Source: Thermodesulfovibrionales bacterium (lineage in GTDB: Bacteria; Nitrospirota; Thermodesulfovibrionia; Thermodesulfovibrionales; CALJEL01). From it: a stretch of DNA of 46,682 nucleotides. The notes beneath the pieces were generated by a model. That model saw nothing but the letters and a program-made list of their open reading frames with translations. It had not been told where the DNA came from and did no database searches. The DNA is taken from assembly GCA_046292975.1 (NCBI GenBank), contig JBKBPW010000001.1, positions 1-46,682 on the forward strand. Direction: 5' to 3'. The stretch's first letter is position 1. Each line of letters opens with the position of its first letter. Of the stretch, positions 17,486 through 25,901 are shown piece after piece. A program made the position numbers and the translations under genes.

Positions 17486-19906
17486 ATGAAATCACCACTT
17501 AAACCCGAAGAACTTTACAGGTGTTGTGACCCAAAGGTCTTTGATTTTGAAACAACTAATGAGCTTATGCCAGTAGAGGGTCCGCTCGGCCAGGAAAGGG
17601 CGATTAATGCCATAGATTTTGGTTTAAGCCTTGAAAATACAGGGTTCAATATCTTTGTCCTCGGTGAGCATGGAACAGGAAAACTTACGAGTGTAAGGGA
17701 GTTGATAAATAAAAGGGCAGAGACCGAGCCCGTTCCACCTGACTGGTGTTATGTCTATAACTTTAAGAATCCTGACATGCCTCTTGCTTTATCCTTTTCT
17801 CCTGGCAGGGCTGTGCAATTTCAGAAGGATATGACTGACCTTATTAAGACCCTCAGACAAGAGATACCAAAGGTCTTTGAATCAAAGGAATATGATAAAC
17901 AGAGGAATCACATTATAGAGGAATTCCAGAAGAAACAGAAGGAGCTGTTTACAAGCATTGAAGAAGAGGCTGCCTCAAATGGTTTTGCCATAAGAAAATC
18001 TGTCTCGGGTCTTCTTATAGTGCCTGTAAAAAAGACAGGAGAGGCTTTAACAGAGGAGGAGTTTGAGGCACTTGATGATAAGACAAAAAAGAGGATAGAA
18101 GAGATAGGAAGGACATTACAGGAAAAGCTTGATGATGTTGTCAGGGCAGTTAAGGAGGCAGAAAAACTCCTTAAGGAGATGCTACAGAAACTTGAGAGGA
18201 CTGCTGCCCTTGGAGCAGTTGGCCATCTGATAGATGAGATAAAAGAAAAATATAAGGACAACGAAAAGGTCCTTTCCTATCTTGAGGATGTTAAGGAAGA
18301 TATCCTTGATCATCTTGATGACTTCAAGACTCAGGAAGAACAGGCACCTCCTCTTCCATTTATGAGGATACCAAAGGCAGAGCCTGTCTTTACCAGATAT
18401 GAGGTTAATGTTATTGTAGATAATAGCTCTCAAAAAGGAGCACCCTGTGTTTTTGAACATAACCCTACCTATTACAACCTCTTTGGAAGGATAGAGCATA
18501 AGTTCCAGTACGGGATTGCTGTAACAGATTTTTCCATGATAAAGGCAGGTTCACTTCATAAGGCAAACGGAGGTTATATTGTAATACATGCCCTTGACCT
18601 TCTGAGAAATCTCTTTTCCTATGACGCCATTAAGAGGGCAATAAGGAATAAGGAGATAAAGATAGAAGATATCTGGGAGCAGTATAGACTTGTCTCAACA
18701 ACAACCCTGAAGCCAGAGGCGATACCCCTGAATGTGAAGGTGATACTTATAGGTCATCCATTTCTTTATTATCTCCTTTACAGCTATGATGATGAATTTA
18801 AGGAACTCTTCAAGGTAAAGGCAGACTTCGACTCCAGGATGCCAAGGAATGAAGAGACCATAAAAAAATATGCCATGTTCATTGCATCAAGAACTAAGGC
18901 TGAAAATCTCCTTCCCTTTGATAGAACCGGGGTGGCTAGCGTGATTGAGTATGGCTCAAGGCTTGCAGGTCATCAGGATAAGCTTTCTGCACTTTTTGGT
19001 CACATTGCAGATATATTGAGAGAGGCAAGCTTCTGGGCAAAGAAATCCGGAGAGCCAATTGTAAAGGCTGAACATGTGGAAAAGGCTATTGAAGAAAGAC
19101 GATTCAGACACAACAGGATAGAAGAAAGGCTCAGAGAGGCTGTTCTGGAGGACACTATAATAGTAGAGACCTCTGGCGAGAAGATTGGTCAGGTTAATGG
19201 TCTTGCTGTAATTGACCTCGGAGATTACAGCTTCGGAAAACCCTCAAGGATAACAGCAAGGACTTATACGGGTAAGGCAGGGGTTATAAACATAGAACGC
19301 GAAACAAAGATGAGTGGAAGGATACATGAAAAGGCGATCCTCATCCTCACGAATTACCTTGGCAGCAAGTACGCGATAAAAAAACCTATAAGCCTCTCAG
19401 CATCTATCACCTTTGAACAGCTTTATGAAATGGTTGAAGGTGATAGTGCCACCTGTGCAGAATTCTATGCACTCATAAGCAGCATATCAGGAATTCCCTT
19501 AAAACAATCGATTGCTGTTACAGGTTCAATGGATCAGAACGGAGAGGTGCAGCCTATTGGTGGGGTGAATGAAAAGATAGAGGGATTCTTTGAGGTCTGT
19601 AAAGAGAGGGGACTTGATGGTTCCCATGGAGTAATAATACCCAGAAGAAATCTTAAAAACCTGATGCTCAGAAAAGATGTGGTTGAGGCGGTAAAGGAAG
19701 GAAAATTTTCTATTTATCCGATTGACAGGGTAGAGGAAGGCCTTGAGATCCTGACAGGTATGCCTGCTGGAGAATTAAGAGAGGATGGCACCTATCCTGA
19801 TGGAACAGTTAATTATTATGTAATGAAAAGACTTACAGAGATATCAGAGGCCTTAAAGGAAAAAAAGGAAGAAAAGGAGAGTAAAGATAAAGAAAATAAG
19901 GAATAG
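17486..19906 (+). CDS. Lon-like protease with AAA-like domain carrying a long coiled-coil insertion (LonC-type)
   Basis: 806 aa with the P-loop-like sequence GEHGTGKLTS. A charged helical insertion of about 150 aa follows it. The C-terminal Lon S16 proteolytic domain has GDSATCAEF (Ser) and GGVNEKIEGF (Lys). Confidence 0.8.
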   Translation: MKSPLKPEELYRCCDPKVFDFETTNELMPVEGPLGQERAINAIDFGLSLENTGFNIFVLGEHGTGKLTSVRELINKRAETEPVPPDWCYVYNFKNPDMPLALSFSPGRAVQFQKDMTDLIKTLRQEIPKVFESKEYDKQRNHIIEEFQKKQKELFTSIEEEAASNGFAIRKSVSGLLIVPVKKTGEALTEEEFEALDDKTKKRIEEIGRTLQEKLDDVVRAVKEAEKLLKEMLQKLERTAALGAVGHLIDEIKEKYKDNEKVLSYLEDVKEDILDHLDDFKTQEEQAPPLPFMRIPKAEPVFTRYEVNVIVDNSSQKGAPCVFEHNPTYYNLFGRIEHKFQYGIAVTDFSMIKAGSLHKANGGYIVIHALDLLRNLFSYDAIKRAIRNKEIKIEDIWEQYRLVSTTTLKPEAIPLNVKVILIGHPFLYYLLYSYDDEFKELFKVKADFDSRMPRNEETIKKYAMFIASRTKAENLLPFDRTGVASVIEYGSRLAGHQDKLSALFGHIADILREASFWAKKSGEPIVKAEHVEKAIEERRFRHNRIEERLREAVLEDTIIVETSGEKIGQVNGLAVIDLGDYSFGKPSRITARTYTGKAGVINIERETKMSGRIHEKAILILTNYLGSKYAIKKPISLSASITFEQLYEMVEGDSATCAEFYALISSISGIPLKQSIAVTGSMDQNGEVQPIGGVNEKIEGFFEVCKERGLDGSHGVIIPRRNLKNLMLRKDVVEAVKEGKFSIYPIDRVEEGLEILTGMPAGELREDGTYPDGTVNYYVMKRLTEISEALKEKKEEKESKDKENKE

Positions 19907-19935
19907 ACCTTGGTGGCAGACGGTTGGGTTAAAAA

Positions 19936-20805
19936 TTGCGCTTTCTTTTTGCTAATCTCTTAAAACTTCCGGCTGTTTTTTTAATCCTTTTTTTTACCAT
20001 TCTGCCTGAATGGTTTTCTCTTAAACTGGCAGAGGGAGCAGGTACGCTTCTTTATTATCTCTGGAGGTCCAGAAGAAAGATAGCTATTAATGCTATAAGG
20101 GAAACCTCTCAATTTGTTGAGCTTAAAACTCCCATGAAAGAAGCCGATATTGTAAAAAGAATGTTCAAACATCTTGGCAGGTCCTTTGCAGAGATTGTAA
20201 GGCTCTATGGAGGCAAGAGGAGTATCCTTGAGAGGATTGTTTTTAAAGGTCTTGAGAATTTTCACAGGGCAAAAGAATCAGGCAGGGGAGTAATCTTCCT
20301 TACAGGCCACTGCGGAAACTGGGAGCTTATGGCAGTGGCATTTGGTATGACAGTTGAGCCAATAGGTGTGGTGGCAAGGCCTTTAAATATCAGGACATTG
20401 AATGAAGTTATTGAAAAGATGCGAAGCCGTTATGGTAACCATGTTATATATAAAAAGGGTGCTATCAGGGAAATGCTCAGGCTCCTAAGAGAAAACAGGG
20501 CAGTTGGTATATTGATGGATCAGAGCGTCCTGAGGCAGGAGGGTCTGTTGATAGACTTTCTTGGAAGACCTGCCTGGACATCAAGGATGCCAGCCATGAT
20601 AGCAAAAAAGACAGGCGCAAAGGTCCTTCCAGCCTTTATAAAAAGGCAGGGAGATGGACATCTTATTGAAATAGGAAAGGAGATTGAACTTACAGGTGAT
20701 GAGATAGAGGATACAAAAAGATTGTCTTCTTATATAGAAAGATATATTATTGAAAATCCTTCAGAGTGGCTCTGGATACACAGGAGATGGAAACAGAGAA
20801 ATTGA
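19936..20805 (+). CDS. Lipid A biosynthesis (LpxL/HtrB-type) lysophospholipid acyltransferase family protein
   Basis: 289 aa with a TTG start, an N-terminal TM segment and the acyltransferase motif LTGHCGNWE (HxxxxE/D). Confidence 0.8.
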   Translation: MRFLFANLLKLPAVFLILFFTILPEWFSLKLAEGAGTLLYYLWRSRRKIAINAIRETSQFVELKTPMKEADIVKRMFKHLGRSFAEIVRLYGGKRSILERIVFKGLENFHRAKESGRGVIFLTGHCGNWELMAVAFGMTVEPIGVVARPLNIRTLNEVIEKMRSRYGNHVIYKKGAIREMLRLLRENRAVGILMDQSVLRQEGLLIDFLGRPAWTSRMPAMIAKKTGAKVLPAFIKRQGDGHLIEIGKEIELTGDEIEDTKRLSSYIERYIIENPSEWLWIHRRWKQRN

Positions 20806-20847
20806 GTCGGGATTTATGTCAAAGAGAACCGTAGTTCAGCGTCCAGT

Positions 20848-21108
20848 CTGGAAATTGCCGATAGAAACATGCATTAAGATAGGGAGTATGCCTCAAGGCC
20901 TTGAAGTGCCTATTCGATTGGTTTTACAGCACGGGGGTATTGCTTGCAATACCCCCGTGAACCCCCGATGTCAAAGGGTTATTAAACCTTACAATATTTC
21001 GGGGGTTCGTGGGGGTAAAGCTTGTCAATACGGCCACGCTGAAGGGCCTAACGATCAAGCACCTCAAGCCCTTTCGGCATACCCCCTATCTCTATCAGCA
21101 AATTTCGG
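20848..21108. mobile_element. MITE-like foldback element (261 bp) with 18-bp terminal inverted repeats and 7-bp target-site duplication
   Basis: The left end is ctggaaattgccgataga and the right end reverse-complemented is ccgaaatttgctgataga (14/18). The element is flanked by GTCCAGT at 20841-20847 and 21109-21115. The arms pair along their whole length (gtatgcctcaaggccttgaagtgc vs gtatgccgaaagggcttgaggtgc; cccccgtgaacccccga vs tcgggggttcgtggggg). A perfect 14-bp hairpin lies at 20930-20959. Confidence 0.65.
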
Positions 21109-21150
21109 GTCCAGTAGCCTTTAAGGAATTATTTATGTCAAAATATTTAA

Positions 21151-22170
21151 ATGAGGAAAAGGGATATATTTCTCAGTCTCGGGGGATTATTTGTTGTCAT
21201 TATTATTTATCTTGTTTTTCAATTATTTGTCCCTGTGAGGCGAGAGCCGGAAAAACTTGAGGTTCTCATTCCAAAGGGAATGAGCTTCAGGCAGGCTGTG
21301 AATCTTCTTTATGAAAAGAGGCTTTTGAGGGACAGAAACCTCTTTATTATCCTTGGGAGACTTTCTGGTCTTGACAGGTCTCTAAGATATGGTTATTACG
21401 AATTCCTTGGTGGTGTTAGCCCTGTGGCTGTCTTTCAGAAACTTCTGAGGGGAGAGATAGAAGAATACGAGATTCAGATTATAGAGGGTTACACGGTTGC
21501 CGATGTCGCACAGATTTTTGAAGAAAAGGGCATAGTGAAAAAGGAAAGTTTTTTTAAACTTGTCAGGGACAGGGGTCTTCTCAAAGAGCTTTCTGTAAAT
21601 GCACCATCTCTTGAGGGATACCTTTTCCCTACAAAATATAAGATTCCAAAAGGCACAGATGTAGTGGATATTATAAGATTTATGGTTAATACCACAAGAA
21701 GGTTCATAGGTCCCTTTATAGAAAGGGCAGAGGAGATGGGGTTTACAGAAAATCAGCTTCTTACGCTGGCCTCTATAATTGAGAAAGAGGCACGGGTTGA
21801 TTATGAAAGGCCCTTGATCTCAGCTGTCTATCATAACAGGCTTAGGCAGGGGATGAAGCTTCAGGCAGATCCTACAACTGTATATGACCTTAAAGGCACA
21901 AAGAAACTTGTTACCAGAAAGGACCTCTTAAGAAAATCAAGATATAATACTTATATTCACAGGGGGCTTCCACCAGGACCGATTGCAGCACCAGGGCTTA
22001 AGTCTGTTGTGGCTGCTGTGAATCCTGCTCAGGTCAATTATCTTTACTTTGTTTCAAATAACGATGGCACACATAATTTTTCTGAAAGATTTGATGAGCA
22101 CAGACAGGCTGTTCAGGAATATGTAAAAAAGAAGAGGCTGGCAAAGAAGCAGAGGCAGGCACTACAATGA
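21151..22170 (+). CDS. mltG: Endolytic murein transglycosylase MltG (YceG family)
   Basis: 339 aa with an N-terminal TM anchor and a YceG-like domain (LASIIEKEA, YNTY...GLPPGPI). Confidence 0.9.
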   Translation: MRKRDIFLSLGGLFVVIIIYLVFQLFVPVRREPEKLEVLIPKGMSFRQAVNLLYEKRLLRDRNLFIILGRLSGLDRSLRYGYYEFLGGVSPVAVFQKLLRGEIEEYEIQIIEGYTVADVAQIFEEKGIVKKESFFKLVRDRGLLKELSVNAPSLEGYLFPTKYKIPKGTDVVDIIRFMVNTTRRFIGPFIERAEEMGFTENQLLTLASIIEKEARVDYERPLISAVYHNRLRQGMKLQADPTTVYDLKGTKKLVTRKDLLRKSRYNTYIHRGLPPGPIAAPGLKSVVAAVNPAQVNYLYFVSNNDGTHNFSERFDEHRQAVQEYVKKKRLAKKQRQALQ

Positions 22171-23225
22171 TAAACAGGAAAAAGACCAGAAGGATTTATC
22201 TTGGCAATGTGGCAATAGGAGATGGCGCACCTGTATCCATTCAGTCAATGACAAAGACAGATACAAGGGATGTCCCTGCCACAATTAATCAGGTAAAAGA
22301 ACTCGCTACCGCTGGTTGTGAGATTATAAGACTTGCTGTCCCTGATATGGAGGCAGCCCTGGCCCTTGGCAGGATTAAGGCTGAAAGCCCCATCCCTGTT
22401 ATAGCTGATATACACTTTGATTACAGGCTTGCCCTTACTGCAATAAAACAGGGCGTGGATGGCTTAAGGATAAATCCAGGCAATATCGGTGCAAAATGGA
22501 AGATAAAGGAGGTTGTAAAAGCTGCTTCTGAAAGGCGGATTCCTATCAGGATCGGGGTGAATGCAGGGAGTCTTGAGAGAGACCTTCTTGAAAGATATGG
22601 TCATCCAACATCAGAAGCCCTTGTTGAAAGTGCAAGGAGGAATATTGAACTCCTTGAAGAACTTGACTACAGGGAAATAAAAGTTTCTCTTAAATCATCA
22701 GGAGTGATGGAGACAGTGCAGGCATACAGGCTTTTTTCAGAGAGATTTGACTATCCCCTTCACATAGGCATATCAGAGGCAGGTCCACCACCACAGGGAA
22801 TTGTGAAGAGTGCAATTGGTATAGGAATTCTTCTTTCTGAGGGCATAGGTGATACCATAAGGGTCTCCCTTACAGCTGAGCCAGTTCTTGAGGTAAAGGT
22901 GGCACAATGGATCCTCAGGTCAATTGGTCTTACAACAGGACCTGAACTTATCTCCTGTCCCACCTGTGGAAGGTGCACAATAGATATAATAAAATTAGCA
23001 AAGGAGGTTTCAGAACGGCTGTCTTCTATTAAAGAGAGTGTAACTGTTGCTGTAATGGGATGTCCTGTAAACGGACCTGGTGAGGCAAGGGAGGCTGATT
23101 TTGGCGTGGCTGGTGGAAGGGGCAGGGGTGTGCTTTTTAAAAAAGGCAGGGTGCTCAGGGAGGTTCCAGAGGACAGGATAGTGGAGAGCCTTATTGAACT
23201 CATAGAGGAAGAGTTAAAGAGATGA
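22167..23225 (+). CDS. ispG: 4-hydroxy-3-methylbut-2-en-1-yl diphosphate synthase
   Basis: 352 aa with PVSIQSMT, RINPGNIG and the Fe-S ligand cysteines CPTCGRC and GCPVNGPGE. Confidence 0.95.
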   Translation: MINRKKTRRIYLGNVAIGDGAPVSIQSMTKTDTRDVPATINQVKELATAGCEIIRLAVPDMEAALALGRIKAESPIPVIADIHFDYRLALTAIKQGVDGLRINPGNIGAKWKIKEVVKAASERRIPIRIGVNAGSLERDLLERYGHPTSEALVESARRNIELLEELDYREIKVSLKSSGVMETVQAYRLFSERFDYPLHIGISEAGPPPQGIVKSAIGIGILLSEGIGDTIRVSLTAEPVLEVKVAQWILRSIGLTTGPELISCPTCGRCTIDIIKLAKEVSERLSSIKESVTVAVMGCPVNGPGEAREADFGVAGGRGRGVLFKKGRVLREVPEDRIVESLIELIEEELKR

Positions 23226-24073
23226 AGGTCATTGAGAATATTAAAGAGATGCAGGGGCACTCAAAGGCCCTGATCTTACAAGGCAAGAGAATTGGTTTTG
23301 TCCCTACAATGGGAGCCCTTCACGAAGGTCATCTGAGCCTTGTGAGACAGGCAAGGAAGGATAATGATATTGTTGTTGTAAGCATATTCGTGAATCCAAT
23401 TCAGTTTGGTCCGCAGGAAGATTTTGCTCGCTATCCAAGGGATCTTGAGGGTGATAGAGAAAAGCTCAAAAGTGAATCAGTGGATGTGCTCTTTTATCCT
23501 GATATGAAGGATATGTATCCAGAAGGCTATAAGACCTATGTGGAGGTAGAGGGGCTTTCTGAGAGACTCTGTGGAGCCTTCAGGCCAGGTCATTTCAGGG
23601 GAGTTACAACTGTTGTAACAAAGCTATTCCATATTGTTAAACCCCACAGGGTTTACTTTGGCTCAAAGGATTATCAACAGACCGTGATTATAAAAAAGAT
23701 GGTTCAGGACCTTAATATGGATATAGAGATCATCACCTGCCCAACTGTAAGGGAGGCTGATGGTCTTGCCATGAGCTCAAGGAATCTCTATCTCAATTCT
23801 GCTGAAAGAAAGGCTGCAACTGTTATATACCGAACACTTCTTGAGGCAGAAAAACTCATAAGAGAATTCAGGAATCCGGGGGAAGTCAGGAATATTATGC
23901 TTGATAGACTCAAAGGTGAACCCCTTGTGAGTTCAATAGACTATGCAGGACTCTATGACCCTGAGACCCTTGAAGATATAAAGGATTATTCCGAGATGAA
24001 AGAGATATTAATAGCAATTGCCCTCAGGATAGGAAACACGAGGTTGATAGATAATATGTTGGTGAAGCTGTGA
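23222..24073 (+). CDS. panC: Pantoate-beta-alanine ligase
   Basis: 283 aa with PTMGALHEGHLSL (HxGH), FVNPIQF and GLAMSSRN. Confidence 0.95.
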   Translation: MKVIENIKEMQGHSKALILQGKRIGFVPTMGALHEGHLSLVRQARKDNDIVVVSIFVNPIQFGPQEDFARYPRDLEGDREKLKSESVDVLFYPDMKDMYPEGYKTYVEVEGLSERLCGAFRPGHFRGVTTVVTKLFHIVKPHRVYFGSKDYQQTVIIKKMVQDLNMDIEIITCPTVREADGLAMSSRNLYLNSAERKAATVIYRTLLEAEKLIREFRNPGEVRNIMLDRLKGEPLVSSIDYAGLYDPETLEDIKDYSEMKEILIAIALRIGNTRLIDNMLVKL

Positions 24074-24092
24074 AAATGTTATAATACCAACC

Positions 24093-24725
24093 ATGAAGCA
24101 TACAGTAATAGGTCTTATACTCGGTGCAACACCTGTTGTGAAGGCAGTAATGCTGATACTCTTTGTCTTTTCTATTATCTCATGGTTTATTATCTTTTAT
24201 AAATTTAAATACTTCAGACAGGCAAAGGCTGAAAATGAGGAGTTCATCAGGATATTTATGAAAAACCGTGATCCTGTTGAACTGTTTCAGGTTTCAAGAA
24301 GACTCAGGGTAAGTCCCATTGCAGCAGTATTCAGGAATGTATTTAATAAAGAGGGTTATTCCTCAAGAACAGAGCTTGAGCGTAATATAAAGAGGTATGA
24401 GGCACTTGAGATAGCCAGGCTTGAGCATTATCTTAATTTCCTTGCAACAGCAGGCTCCACCTCTCCTTTTATAGGATTGTTTGGCACTGTGTGGGGGATA
24501 ATGCATTCCTTTATGGGTATAGGTGCTCAGGGTTCTGCAAGCCTTGCAGTGGTGGCTCCTGGCATTGCAGAGGCATTAATTGCAACTGCCCTTGGTCTTC
24601 TGGTAGCCATTCCTGCTGTTATAGCCTACAATTACTATCTCAGCATGGCAAGAAGACTTACTATCAATATGGAAGATTTTTCAGAAGAGATATTTGAATT
24701 GCTTTTTAATCAGAAAAATCGGTGA
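24093..24725 (+). CDS. tolQ: Tol-Pal system protein TolQ (MotA/TolQ/ExbB proton channel family)
   Basis: 210 aa with three TM helices and GLFGTVWGIM...APGIAEALIATALGL. It is the first gene of a tolQRAB-pal-cpoB cluster. Confidence 0.85.
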   Translation: MKHTVIGLILGATPVVKAVMLILFVFSIISWFIIFYKFKYFRQAKAENEEFIRIFMKNRDPVELFQVSRRLRVSPIAAVFRNVFNKEGYSSRTELERNIKRYEALEIARLEHYLNFLATAGSTSPFIGLFGTVWGIMHSFMGIGAQGSASLAVVAPGIAEALIATALGLLVAIPAVIAYNYYLSMARRLTINMEDFSEEIFELLFNQKNR

Positions 24726-24768
24726 ATCGGTGAAGTGGTGAATTGGTAAAGAGGCCTATTCACCCATT
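24720..24768. repeat. (NGGTGAAN)x4 word array followed by reverse-complement ATTCACCC (hairpin-capable)
   Basis: The sequence is cggtgaatcggtgaagtggtgaattggtaaagaggcctattcacccatt with an 8-nt period. It overlaps the tolQ stop codon. 35/40 positions are identical to 13046-13085. Confidence 0.7.
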
Positions 24769-24774
24769 AATACT

Positions 24775-25182
24775 ATGGCTTATCTCAGAAGAAATAGAGA
24801 TAGGGAGGTAATGTCAGAGATTAATGTCACACCCTTTGTGGATGTGATGCTTGTCCTTCTTGTAATATTCATGGTTACCGCACCACTTATGCAACAGGGT
24901 ATTGATGTGAACCTCCCAAAGGCAAAAGGTAAGGAACTTCCTCCTGAAGAGAGATTGATAGTAACTGTAAAATCCAGTGGAGATATATTTCTTAATGACA
25001 TACCTGTGAGTCTCCCTGACCTGAAAAATAAGCTTTCCCAATTATCAAGAAGGAATCCAGAGGTATTTCTGAGGGCAGACAGGTCTGTTTCTTATGGTTT
25101 TGTAGCTGAGCTTATGGCAGAGATAAAGGATGCAGGGATAGAAAGACTCGGCCTTGTCACAGAACCAAAGACGGGGGAATAA
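24775..25182 (+). CDS. tolR: Tol-Pal system protein TolR (ExbD/TolR family)
   Basis: 135 aa with EINVTPFVDVMLVLLVIFM and an ExbD periplasmic domain. Confidence 0.85.
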   Translation: MAYLRRNRDREVMSEINVTPFVDVMLVLLVIFMVTAPLMQQGIDVNLPKAKGKELPPEERLIVTVKSSGDIFLNDIPVSLPDLKNKLSQLSRRNPEVFLRADRSVSYGFVAELMAEIKDAGIERLGLVTEPKTGE

Positions 25183-25184
25183 AG

Positions 25185-25901
25185 TTGCTGGGACCTCAAG
25201 GGTATCCCAATTACCTCCGCAGCTTCCATCAGCCATCAATGTTTTTAAGTTTTACAATTTCATTTATACTTCATGCTGTGTTAATAGTGATGCTATTATT
25301 TTTTCAGACAAGGGTATTTATAAAGGAAAGGGAGAGGTTTATTACAGTTGGCATCTATGTAGATAAAGAAATCTCTGTGCCTTCTTTGGGTATCAATGCT
25401 GGTGTAGAAAAGGCCTATCGTCCTGAGGTGGTTGAGACACCCGGGACTTCCAGATTGATACCTAAGGAGATTTCAAAAGATACCTTGGTTGAGGAAAGGA
25501 TACATGCAATTAAGGCAAAAAAGAAGATAGAAAAACTTTTAAGACTCAGGGCAGAGATTGGAGAGATGGTGTCCCGGAAGGCAGAAACAGGTGAACAGAA
25601 GTCAAAAAACAGGGCACAGACGCAGGAGCATTCTGAGTCTGGTTCTGTGAATAAGACAGACTATAGTGATATTGCAAAAGCCCCTATCCAGAGAAACTGG
25701 CATTATCCTGAGCTTGCGAAGAAAGGGTTATCTGCTACAGTGATAATATATGTTAGAAAGGATGGAGCAATAAAGATCATTGATTTTAAAACCTCGGGAG
25801 ATAGGCTTTTTGATTATTCTGTCAAAAATGCCATTCTTAAATCCTCTCCCTTACCACCTCCTCCTGAGGAATGTGAAATACAACTGAGGTTTTCAAGATG
25901 A
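25185..25901 (+). CDS. tolA: TolA/TonB-type energy-transducing protein (TonB_C-like C-terminal domain)
   Basis: 238 aa with a TTG start and a GGGGG RBS 7 nt upstream (alternative ATG at 25239). It has one TM helix, a charged linker and a C-terminal IQRNWHYP...VIIYVRKDG...SSPLPPPP domain. The tolA call rests on its position between tolR and tolB. Confidence 0.65.
   Translation: MLGPQGYPNYLRSFHQPSMFLSFTISFILHAVLIVMLLFFQTRVFIKERERFITVGIYVDKEISVPSLGINAGVEKAYRPEVVETPGTSRLIPKEISKDTLVEERIHAIKAKKKIEKLLRLRAEIGEMVSRKAETGEQKSKNRAQTQEHSESGSVNKTDYSDIAKAPIQRNWHYPELAKKGLSATVIIYVRKDGAIKIIDFKTSGDRLFDYSVKNAILKSSPLPPPPEECEIQLRFSR

Noticed and set aside
20750-21260. ORF-track ORFs 20750..21124 (124 aa) and 21009..21260 (83 aa)
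   Set aside because: They lie across the 261-bp foldback MITE and the mltG 5' region. Their composition is repeat-derived, they have no RBS and their frames overlap each other.
22760-23260. 166-aa minus-strand ORF
   Set aside because: It is antisense to ispG and has no independent signals.
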